Below are positions 16,248 to 27,312 of a stretch of DNA of 64,000 bases, piece by piece. Source of the DNA: Spongospora subterranea f. sp. subterranea (Eukaryota); the NCBI GenBank assembly GCA_049724395.1, contig JAUGWO010000102.1, forward strand, positions 248,001 to 312,000. The letters are read 5' to 3'. The translations under genes and the position numbers were made by a program. The notes under the pieces are model-generated. The model saw only the letters and a program-made list of their open reading frames with translations, did not search any database and was not told the DNA's origin. Every line of letters begins with the position of its first letter. The stretch's first letter is position 1.

Positions 16248-16982
16248 CATTTGTCGGAAGGATGGCTACGAGAGGTGATCGTCGCCATACCGCTGTGGCC
16301 AAGTTCAGAAAGCAGTTGTTAGTACGGCGTCTCCTAATCAGCGCATGATTTAGCGGCTCAGAGCTACGTTGTCGGCGATGAACCGCTTGAATAGCGAATA
16401 CATCAACCTTCCTGACGCTGATGAATTTATGTACAAAATGGACGTGAGTCGATGTAGGTCTCGTATGGCATCACGTCATTTACAGTATCACAATTGTTCA
16501 AAGGTTGCCTTACCCAGCTCACAAGTCGATGTGAGCTCAAAGCCATGTAAACCCACTGGCAAAACAGAGCAATCTGTTCGATGGACCCCCAACGCGACTC
16601 AATGTCTGATTGACGAGCTGGCGAAAACGAATCGCAACCCGATTTTTAAGTCTGAAAAGGACAAGATCAAGTTGCTGGTTGGACCGAAATCATGAAAGGA
16701 CTTGCCAGGGCAGGCCATTCTGCTTACGAAACAATTGTGATGCTGTAAAGGACGTGATGCCATACGAGACCTACATCGACGGCGTCCATTTTGTACATAA
16801 ATTCATTAATGTCCGGAAGGTTGATATTTTTCGCGATCCAAGCGGTTCATCGCGACAACGTAGCCCTGAACCCGCTAAATCATGCGCTGATTAAGAGACG
16901 CCGTACTCTAACAACTGCTCTCTGAACTTGGCCACAGCGGTCTTGCAACGATCACCTCTCGTAGCCATCCTTTCGACAAATG
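16248..16982. repeat. Long imperfect inverted repeat: arms 16248-16498 and 16730-16982, ~230-nt spacer
   Basis: catttgtcggaaggatggctacgagaggtgatcg...cagtatcacaattgtt is the reverse complement of aacaattgtgatgctg...cgatcacctctcgtagccatcctttcgacaaatg, with scattered mismatches and bulges. Confidence 0.95.
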
Positions 16983-17069
16983 TTGTTTTTTATTTCAAAC
17001 GAAACAACGGCTCGTCATGCGTTGATGCTCAACGAAGTGCAGCAGTTTTTTTTTCTAATAACTAGATTA

Positions 17070-18453
17070 ATGACTCTTCGTGTTGTACAGGCACCTTGCT
17101 GGCTTGTGCACCTCTCTATTACGCTAATGTTCGTCATGGTGATATAACCTATAGTTCTTGTAGAGAATGGCCAGCTGCCAGATTTTATGCCACAGTTCTG
17201 CATCCACGACGTCTAACTGACCATAACGCCGCGTTTTTGGACGATGGCGATATTGTTTGCAACAAGCCCACTGAAGAGATGTTGTCGGACGCAATCGAAA
17301 GGGAACCTTCAATCCAGCATGAAACTGATCTCACCCAGGGGCTTTCATCGGGCCAAAATTCCTCGAGCTAGACAAATCCATCATGGCCAGGAACACGCCG
17401 TCAAAATACACAGCGGCACCACATTGTTGACGGTAGTGTAGAGCACTCACATTCAAGAGACATGTTCCGTTTTCTATCGCCACTGGTTTTCGAGGATCAC
17501 CTCACAGTTTGGACAAAGAATGATTGCGACATCAACAATCATAGAGCCGAATTTATACAAAATTTCTTGCTGGATGCATGAGGCAAGCAGACCCTTTCTA
17601 GCAAATTGACCATCATCAAGTTACATTGGACGACCACAAATATGCGGATCAGTCTTATCCCGAATTTTTATCGTGATTATCGTGTGAATGAATCACGAAT
17701 CTGAGTGTTCATACTCTGAAGAACAGGCAGAATGGATCTGCAAATGTCTGCGTCGCCCCATCACCGACCGCAGTTAGCAATCGATACGAGTAAAGGCGAA
17801 TACCTGATGCGGATGCCGTTATCGTCATTGGCCTATAATGTTTACAAGACTAAACGCTACTATTAACGAGGATACTCCCAAGATTGGATAAGTATTTCGA
17901 ACGGTAATCTTTGACCGGTACGGTGAAGGTATCTTGGGAAATGGTCCGACGAGGAAAATAACGCCCTTTGACCCGAGTGACCTACGACTGGTTTGACCCA
18001 AGTGATTCGCGCGTTGTCGCAATATATCCTCCAAACTAAAAAAGGACCATGATGGAGCAAGTTAATTCTGGAGAACCGTATGAAGGATTAATTATTACAC
18101 CAACGCTAAGAGTTGCCGAATCGATGCTCCTCTTTGGTGAACACCTGAATGTTTTAATGCCAGAAATGGGTGCAGAACAACTATCGGCATATGATGAGGA
18201 ACTATACACCAGGATAACCGGCGGGTCATATTATGGTGACGCCGAGATAGAGGTGGACGAGCAATTCCCTGAACGGCCGGCAATCGATGCTCCAGGTGTG
18301 ATGCCTAGAGAACGCGGTGAAAGCGAATCCTGTCCCTATGGTGATGATCAAGAAACGATTCGCACTGATTATTCCCCTGTTGAAGGAAGGTCGATGACCA
18401 TTCACGAACTTGTTTATAACGCGATGCCCGAGTGTTTTATTACCGAGATCTGA
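17070..18453 (+). pseudogene. Degraded intronless coding sequence (possible secreted protein relic); intact 134-aa acidic tail at 18049-18453
   Basis: Protein-like stretches broken by stops and frameshifts lead into the 18049 ORF; hydrophobic signal-peptide-like start at ~17070 if one frameshift is allowed. Confidence 0.35.
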
Positions 18454-18553
18454 CAGCAAAGGATAGATTCAACACCATATTAAGCTGGACCAGGTCGGAA
18501 AAATGGTTGTGTTTTGTAAAAACAATAAAAGGACGTTTGACAAGACAGAACTG

Positions 18554-19304
18554 TCACCCTCTCCTCTTATCAGAAACTGATACGCGTTCCCTTTCAGAAA
18601 TCTGCTCCAATAACCAAAGAATAGCTGGCTTGAGGCCACTTCCGGTTATTGCTACGACATCGACAACTTGATATGGTCTAGTATCATCCAATGATAACAT
18701 GTCTGATATCTGATCCGACGGCAAGGCACCGGGCAAATCTTGCTTATTGGCCAGAATGAGTACTGGAACACCAACCACGTCCTTGTGTTCTAGAACGGAC
18801 AACAGTTCCTGACGAGCTTCCGATAATCGCTCGACATCTGCAGAATCGACAACGTAGATAATCGCGTTGGCTTCGGAATAGTATTTATCCCAGATCACCT
18901 AGAAATGAAATTGAAAATGTAATCTGACCGTGATAGATATCAGATAATGACCCGTATTCCAGATTGACCACCGACATCCCAAATAGTTACCCGACATGCG
19001 TCAATGTCCAAACGAACAACTGTCGGGTCGCGTTTGAGAAACCCAGACCCCAGCGAATCACAACACATGTTTACGGTTGAACCCAATTGTTGGAGTAGTT
19101 GTGATATTTTCATTCACCTTCATGTTCTTATCGAAAATCATCCGGAACTGCTCGAGACAGGTGCTTTTCCCGGCATTATCTAATCCTAAAACCAACAGAT
19201 CAGATCCACCTAGTGTGCCTTGGTGGAGGTCTACCAATGATCAAAAGTTGATACTCTGGGCGGTCGAACATGATGCATTTAATGTGATTTATGATGGCGA
19301 ACAT
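18554..19304 (-). CDS. ARFRP1: ARF-related protein 1 (Arf-family GTPase)
   Basis: MFAIINHIKCIMFDRPEYQLLIIG/LDNAGKSTCLEQ, PTIGFN, WDVGGQ, IWDKYYSEANAIIYVVDS, LANKQD; aromatic residue 2 and no myristoyl Gly, as in ARFRP1. Confidence 0.88.
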
Positions 19305-19757
19305 CGTCAAAATCGCTCTTGTTGGGTAAAGGGGGAATTACAGCATCGGCATTTCGACCCTTGAGCCGAATAATATCCACGGACTCCACCACTGGCTCTG
19401 GGATTGTCGTTGAAGATGGAGTCGAGACTACATAGAGATGGCGTGCTGCGTCCTGCACAGTGTTTCTAGGAGGCGCTGATGAGTACTTTGGACACCCTGG
19501 AGTCCCTGTCGCTCCAAGTCCTGTCCAATATTCTGGCCATTTCAAACGAATCGCTGGAATGGCTTGCTCAAAAGGCATGTTCTTATCACCGCTTCTTCAG
19601 CTGGTTGGTTGAAAGGCCCAGATGGGTTATGGGTATTTTTTTACAGTAGGGGGTATCAAACCGACGAATTTCCCTGATGTATGTATACGCCCACGAGAAT
19701 CGCAAGCTTTTTACTCTTCACGTACGTGATGAACAGGTGAAAGGGCTGCCCAAGTTT

Positions 19758-19904
19758 GAGGTCGCCATCGAAAATGCGTCTAAACCAGGTTTTCGAAACT
19801 TCAGTACAGGCAGAACAAATTGAGAACAAAACTACTACGCGTTTGTTCTACCTGTAATGATGTTTTGAGAACCTGGGAGAGGAGCATCAAAACCGAGTGA
19901 CCTC
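19758..19904 (+). ncRNA. Candidate pre-miRNA-like stem-loop
   Basis: 19785-19820 pairs with 19841-19876 (36 positions, 3 G-U, 3 mismatches, 20-nt loop); outer gaggtcgc/gtgacctc pairing. No expression evidence. Confidence 0.45.
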
Positions 19905-20229
19905 TAAAGTCAATGTTTCGAAATTGTTTGCCATGGAGTTTCGATAACAATGTAGTACATCTCACTTGATTAACACTTTACATACGAACAAATCAGTACC
20001 TTCAGCAGGTGCAGTCTATCATCTTTTGGAGTACTTGCTAAGTGCATTACCTAGACTTAACACAGGTAAAGGCTGGTAAAGGTGACGCAGCGAAGTCAAT
20101 ACGGTGTCAAGTTCCGCCCGACTCTCAGCTACAAAACTACGATGGCAATTGGCGTTAATGTCTCAAATTTGTTGAACTTGTCAATTGCATCGTCATACTT
20201 TCGTCGCTTTAAAAAGCAATTCATACGAC

Positions 20230-20794
20230 AGCATAATGGTACCAACTAAACGGGATCTCCGCTACATGAAGCTTAATAGCCTTTTCAAAACAATCGAACT
20301 GATCGCAATAAGCAACGATCCCCCATTTTAATAGGTGGTTGACTTTGCATCTACTGGCGTTCCCAGAAAAAAACAAGAGTGTGCGTTGATAACAGATGGA
20401 TCATCACGGTCGGTATCTGAGCGTTCAAAGACTGGCGTTTGGAATTCCTAGCCCTGTGATTATCGGCCGGCATCAAACCGACTTTGATACACGCTGAATT
20501 TGACCTCTTGCAAGACGACAGCAATGACCTGTTCACATCGTCGCCACCACCTCTTTTCCTTGGTGCCAGAACTGCGACTCGCAAAGAGAAACACTTTTCT
20601 GGGGTGTCCGCTTCAGGTTCTGGTAGGATAAATTCACTGCTCCCTTCGCCGTGAATACTTTGCTTGAACGCCAGTAGATTCAACGTCAACAACCTATAAT
20701 AGTAATCGTTGCTTATTTCGATCGGCTCGATTGTTTGAACAGGTTATTGAGCTTCGTGTAGCGAACATCCTGTTTTAGTTGGTACCATTATGCT
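20230..20794. repeat. Imperfect inverted repeat: arms 20230-20362 and 20666-20794, ~300-nt spacer
   Basis: agcataatggtaccaactaaa...atctactggcgttc vs gaacgccagtagat...tttagttggtaccattatgct. Confidence 0.92.
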
Positions 20795-21166
20795 CTCATG
20801 CTGTGCACTACACGGAATACCTGTTTGGATGAGATCAGGGGTTTCGTCAGTCGCAGCCGATCTTAGATTTAATCTCGCGAGAGCTTTGGGTGAAAACTAA
20901 TTCTCCAACGGGAATGCATAGTGCATCTTTCAGGACCATGCAATCCGAAGCACATGTTAAACGATATTGCGGTTTGTTTCAAAACATTATCACATCAAGA
21001 TCGTATAGAGATCGCGAACTTTTGATCAACGAAAAGTTGGTATGTCTTACGAAAATTGCTGCAACGCAATCAAGTATCGAATCAATCTAAAGGTTTCACC
21101 AAAAAAGATGTGGGCCTTTTACACCCAAATGAAACGACTGTTAATGATATTTATTATCGATAGGTT

Positions 21167-24100
21167 TTACAAAGGATGTACACTGTCTTGATATGCAGAT
21201 TCAAAATTGAAAATGACTTCACGCTGTTCGGCAGCATTTGTAGCAGCAAGAAGATTATCGACGAAATTGGCTCGACCCGGAATAGATCCTGGGAGGCTAT
21301 ATCACCCGTGTCAACAAAAACAAAATTGAGAGATTAATACCCAACCTGTCAACAGCTTGACGAAGAAAAACTGCTGCACTAGTTTTATCAAGAGTGACAG
21401 CTGCCCTGATGACCTCAATCAAATCCCTCATTCTGTTCCGGGATAGATCTTCAAGCAAATGTCCAATCAGCTCCCTAAACATGATCGCTCCATACGTTGA
21501 AAAGATTGAAAGCACAGCGCTGGAAGAAACGCAAATATAAATATATATATTGCCTAAAGGATGCCAACTCTACCTTCTGCATTGCTCCCGAGTTCCACCA
21601 ATATCTAATAGATGCCTAATGAACATAAAAACAGCTCGAGCCGCCTCCCTATGTTGTACCCTGATGGCAATCAAGGCGCAGTGCAACGAAGATGGTAAAA
21701 ATCCGCTATTGAATGAAACTGCAGTTAGGTCGGCAATGCAGCGAGACAGAAAATTGAAGTAGTCTTCGCAGATTGTGGGATTCTCTGTTATTTGCTCAAA
21801 ACTGGTAAGTATGGACAGAGTTTTGGCAGCGATGCTGCCAAGAGCTTGAGCGAATAATTCCTGACACTCATCAACGCTGAAAAAACGAATAATCACCCCC
21901 GAGGCAGAAAATAATCACAGAAACTACGCACCTGGAAAATTCGTCGAGGCAGATGGAACAAGTGTAAATGAAGCACGACCAAGGGGCAGCAGGAAAAAGC
22001 CTGCTTAACAAAGGTAGAAGCACGGCGATTATTGGACAATCCCTCCCAGTCGCTCGCAAAGAATATTTCAAAAGACGACAGACTTTTTCCATTAACTTTT
22101 CATCGCGGACAAGGACAACGAGCATTTCTGTAAAAAAGTTATTGAAAACCTAGGGCACCAGAGGCGAAAACACATGATACCTTGCAATAAAGGCCACATA
22201 TCGTTGATGATACGAACTAGTTCATTGCATGAATCGAGATGAATACTTTTGAAAAGATGCGCTAAACGATCCAAATTAATGGAAAGTGTAGAAATATCGA
22301 TTTCCTGGCCATTTCCTAAGAGAAATAAAAATGCTTAAAACACTGACAAACGGCTTGGTATGCAACCATACGTAAAAGGCCCATTGTGGACGATAGACTT
22401 TGTAAAATGGGACTGATCAACTGCTGTAAATGACCTGGAATCGCTTCTGGAGGCCGGGAGCAGATAACGCTGCAGACACCTTCTATGATCTCACTTTGGT
22501 CGTCAAAGTCGAGACTCCCCATCGAACAATAAACCTAAGCTCCATAGAATCAGCCAAAACACAAATTCTGAAAGCAGCTACGAACCGCAATTAGCTGATT
22601 GATATCATGGGCGGCTAAATGACGCGCACAGGATTCACACACAAATTTGAACGCCATTGCAGCCGCTGACTGAGATGCAGGAATGGAAAGTCCCTCAACA
22701 ACAAAACCAAGAAGAGGGCCAATGGATTCTGGATGGGCATTAATCCAGTCCGAATATCTGTTAACGACTGAAACTCCATTGGCAAAAAACTGACTAATCG
22801 CATCTCAAACCTTCCAATAATCATCGTTGATGTATATCTGAGTACGGGATGTGAAGACATGGACAACAAATCCGCCATAACTCGCGGAAGCAGACTTTTT
22901 GACGCAGCGCTCTGAATGCAGGCTATGCATTGACTTTGACGGGCAAACCGCAAATACGCTTGGCATTACCTCTTCCCCAATTTTGATGTTCCTGGCGATT
23001 GATCTAACACTGTAAAGGCAAGCTTCCAGACGATGCCATTGGCGAGGATTTTGGCGATACTCAAGAACACATGGCTAATAACACAACAGTCAGAGACATT
23101 ACGTTAACGGCAGTGTAAACACTACTTCACCTGCATGCAGGATACCAAATGTTCCAGGCAGACTGAACTGTCACAAAAAGAAGATATGTCTAACAATGCA
23201 TCCGCTGCTTGATAGCGAAATCGTTTCTGCTCCTCATCTTGTTCTGATAGTCCATCGTAATCCGAGGGAAATTCGATCACCACTCTGATTTTGTCCATCG
23301 CAGCAAGAAATTCATTTTGATACCGTTGGCCGACAGCATTCGCTTGGTTCGCATCAGCACGAGAAAGCGCTTCCAGATTCGCTGCGAGTATGTACCTAGA
23401 TACAAGACCGCTGAATTGGTGTGTCGACACTCTATAATGGGCCAGCTGACCAAAAGTTAAACGAAAGGATCGAGAGTTCAGGATCAGGGTTAGAAGTGCA
23501 ATTGATAATCAATTGCAGCAAATCGGTCGCTTGCGGCGCTTGCTCTAATATCCAAGCAACATTCGACTCCGACAACTGAGTGAACACTTGCAGAAGTGAT
23601 CGGCATTGGCTAAAATCTTCGTCATTGACTAGTTGACAGTAATGCGGCCATAAGGAAAAAACAGCAGTGGAAAGCTAAGAAACCGGATCAGGGAGTAATC
23701 TAAGTTGATCGCGATTGCTTGTACTCACTTGCGACCGGAGGTTTTCAAGGTTATGTTGGTCAGCAAATACAATGAATGCGGTTATGACATCGCACGCCAC
23801 CTAGATCCAGAATCAACACATTACCAGTCGAGTAATACAGCTACTGACTTGAGACACATCACTGCAAGAAACAGCTTGGAAACAATCAGCAAGAATTGTC
23901 GAACTCAAAACACCGGCTTCAGGAACGGCTGCAAACGCATGCCGGACCCATGATAAAAGACAGCGTAAAACCATTCGTTGAACGCGCACGTCGTTCGATC
24001 GACGGATAAATTCTAAGGCCGCATTATTGCAGCATCGACGACAAAATCAATGTTTGAGGCAAACCTGACAAAAGAGAAAGTACTTTCGATGCGACAGAAA

Positions 24101-24815
24101 TGCACAAAGAAGCTGCACGAGGACTGGCAAGACGTGAACGCCTGGCAACCGTGTCGCATTCTTCAGGAAGTACAGTTAATATATGCAGTAGAGCGTGAGC
24201 AGTGGTTCCATGGCCCCCATCTATAGTATTAATCATTGAGAACTATGGCAACAATCAAAGTGTTTGATGAAACCATACTGAGCATAGAGACTAGCTGTTC
24301 AACAGGTTGGTCCCATTCCTGCATTTGAACTGCAAGAGAAGCTATGGCAAGTGACAATTGTGTCAAGATGATTTCGGTCCCTGTGATATGGCGAGAAAGA
24401 TAATTGAGAACCGCATCCCTAAAAGCGACTCGATTTTCCGGCGGCAGATCGCTGTAGGAAAACGACACCTGCATACACATTCATTATCGGTCGCACGCAA
24501 AAGGCGCCTAAGTACCTTATTGTATAGGGTATTTGCTGCAAACCAGACCGCCTCTGGTGAGGCAGATGTCAGCTGCAAGATATCATGGGAAACCTACCAG
24601 AATACAAACTCAGAAACTCAAGATTATTGCGAAAAAATAGCGCCTTTGGCATGAATTAACAATACCTGCCAAGCTTGATTCGTTCTTTGAAATTCCTTAA
24701 GAGCTAGGTCTGCTTGTTTTTTGGCTGCCGGATTGGGGTCGTAATATAGAGCGTGGACGGCAGCGAGGACGGCTTGTACAGCGGGAGACGGCTGCGATCC
24801 TGATGCCTCCGCCAT
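21167..24815 (-). CDS. TNPO3: Transportin-3 / Mtr10 (importin-beta family), multi-exon
   Basis: AVHALYYDPNPAAKKQADLALKEFQRTNQAWQ, WFAANTLYNK, ILTQLSLAIASLAVQMQEW, ILTVLPEE, EKVCRLLKYSLR, ENPTICEDYF. Confidence 0.88.
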
Positions 24816-25410
24816 TTCTTTGAATTCCTCCGACCTGAAGTCGCTAAGATCTGTTAACAGACTCCAAACTGCACGGTGTTCCCGGAGCCGTTTACACCAA
24901 GGGTCCTTTATAGGGTCCAGTTATGGCTACCAGCTATCAGCTATGTGTACTCGATAGTAATTCAAATAACGGACCGCTCCGCGCTCGCAGGCTCGATCGA
25001 ACGGACTAACATATGGTCTGGATCTCATGCAAACGGCCTCCAATTTTTACATAACGAGGAACACTCCATGATCCCAAAGGATACAATCGCCTTATCTGCA
25101 GTTTTCCTCCGTAATATACTCTATCTGAACCTGTTATATTGTTCATCTGCCTTCGTGTGATTAAGGTTTCGGAATGGAAAATATTTATTGATTGATCATG
25201 ATTTTATTGAATGAAGGTCATGAGCGGAGCGACATTTGGCGCATCCCTTGGGATTATTCCGTGGACCGTGTAACGAATAGCCCGTGCGATGGCCGCCCAT
25301 TGGCCATTGCGGCATTACTTCGCTTCTATCGCCAGAAGCATTTCTGGTTTCACTCGGTTCGCGCCTGAAGCCTTTTGTTGGATTAGGGGTTACGTGTTTG
25401 GGGCTGAGAA

Positions 25411-25849
25411 ATGGCAAAGCATCATCCGGATCTTATCATGTGCCGCAAGCAGCCGGGCATTGCCATTGGACGTTTGTGCTCGAAATGCGACGGAAAATGT
25501 GTCATTTGCGATTCCTATGTCAAACCCAATACGCTCGTTCGTACCTGCGATGAGTGCAATTATGGAAGCTTTCAGGGTCGCTGTGTTATCTGCGGTGGTA
25601 TGGGAATTAGTGATGCATACTACTGCACCGAATGCACTCTTCAGGAAAAAGATCGAGACGGTAGTTTCAACCGATATATTCCAGACTTAATCGTATTGAC
25701 AGTAGTTCATAGGATGTCCGAAGATTGTGAATCTCGGGTCAGCAAAGACCGATTTGTTCTACGAAAGGAAGAGTAAGTCGTGTTTGTTTGCTGCTCTCTT
25801 TGAGTTTGCTGATGGTGTTCTTGCAGAGTATGGGTTCAAGCCGCATTAA
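25411..25849 (+). CDS. PHF5A: PHD finger-like domain protein 5A (SF3b subunit, Rds3), 3 exons
   Basis: [23 protein letters not shown]...[18 protein letters not shown]...[29 protein letters not shown]. Confidence 0.97.
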
Positions 25850-25926
25850 CATTCCATGGGCTTCTTTTTACGAGTACGAGGACACATGCTTATCTATCTA
25901 TATTAAAGCCATTTTCCCCCATTTAC

Positions 25927-26583
25927 TTATTGGGTTTGTCTAATTACTATCGTCCTACTTAATCCAACAGATCGGTTCAGTTTTACACCCTTTTGCTCAC
26001 GATACCTTCTCATATAATTGCCGAGGTTATTAGAGCAGTTTGTTTCTTGGCGGTGGCAACGGGAATCAGATTGTGCTTCGTGGCAGCATTGCCGCGCCTC
26101 GCGATTTTTCCCTTGTGGATGCAAATCAATCATTGATGATGCAGACGGCAATTCTTTCATTTTGCATTTAGCTAGATCTCTGATTGCATCTCCTGTCTGT
26201 AAGACGGCCATTTTCAAAGTCTGAATCATCTCACCATAATCTAACGTTTGTACTGGAGTCTTCAAGGGTTCATTTAGTGTTGCATCAAAACTTGCGTTTT
26301 TTTGCTCAGCCGTAGGAACATGTGTAGCCTCAGTCGCATTCTCTCGAATTCGAGGCGATTTTGTATCGCTCACAACGGATTCGCTATTGAAGTGAGAGAT
26401 AGTTCTCTGATTGGCATCGTTGCGTTTCCTGCGGTGCTCAGCTTTATCGTTATCGTAATTCCGTCTCGTCCCTCTTTCTGACGATTTCCTTCTTTTAGAC
26501 AATTTCCTTCGTTCAGACAACACATCATCTGCGCCTGCATCTACATCGTGCTGTAGAGTATTCGTTAGAAGACTGTAGTGCAA
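25927..26583 (-). CDS. Hypothetical basic/low-complexity protein (start uncertain)
   Basis: 218-codon ORF, no recognisable motif. Confidence 0.35.
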   Translation of the reverse strand: MHYSLLTNTLQHDVDAGADDVLSERRKLSKRRKSSERGTRRNYDNDKAEHRRKRNDANQRTISHFNSESVVSDTKSPRIRENATEATHVPTAEQKNASFDATLNEPLKTPVQTLDYGEMIQTLKMAVLQTGDAIRDLAKCKMKELPSASSMIDLHPQGKNREARQCCHEAQSDSRCHRQETNCSNNLGNYMRRYREQKGVKLNRSVGLSRTIVIRQTQ

Positions 26584-26861
26584 TCAAACAAGAATGCCCA
26601 CTAACGCAGAGCAAATGGCGATGACGTTCTAAGAAACGAGCAACTGCTGCAGAAAACATCACTCAGCGACGCCAAAATCAGAGTACAATGAGATCGATCG
26701 ATATTGATAACTTTCGCCGTTTAATGAAGATATGGTCATTACATGAACTTCAGTTTTGAATTTTTTTCGTCAACGGTTTTCAAATAACTATACATGCTCC
26801 TGAATCTTCACCGCGCGATTGCGTCCTGCACGATTGTTATCCGCGCTTCTAAGAGGCGCTG

Positions 26862-27312
26862 ATGGATACCCAATTTTTGATCCAGCATGGCAACGCCATG
26901 CCTCATATTGACGCTTCAGATGAAGAATTCAAAATTGAAGCAAGCAAAGATGGATTTGACATTCAGTTGACCTTTCAGCCACCGAACAGCCCTGATCTGA
27001 ACGTTTCGATCTGGGTTTCTTTCGTGCCATCCATTTCCTTCAGCATCAACGAGCACCAAAAAAACTGACGAACTTGTGGATGCTGTCAAAGATTCGTTTG
27101 CGAAAATTGATAGGGAAAAATTGAACGATATCTTTTTCACTCTCCAGCAATGCATGATAGAGATAAAAAGTCAAGGGGGGCAAAAAATTACAAGCTGTCT
27201 CATATGGGCAAGGGATATCTCCGGCGCCAAGGAGACCTACCCGATGAATTGCCATGTGCCCATTGCAGTTGTGTATCAAGTCAAGCAGGATGCACACATG
27301 GTTAATGAATAA
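26862..27312 (+). mobile_element. Degenerate Tc1/mariner (DD39D-type) transposase fragment
   Basis: FLIQHGNAMPH...QPPNSPDLNV then, after a frameshift, DLGFFRAI...DELVDAVKDSF...LNDIFFTLQQCMIEI. Spacing between second and third catalytic positions is 39; second D mutated to G. Confidence 0.85.

Noticed and set aside
21108..21130. U5 loop-1-like GCCTTTTAC
   Set aside because: Flanking stem is weak and no Sm site follows.
25068..25257. Scattered G-U-rich helices between TNPO3 and PHF5A
   Set aside because: Helices are short and discontinuous; compatible with chance.
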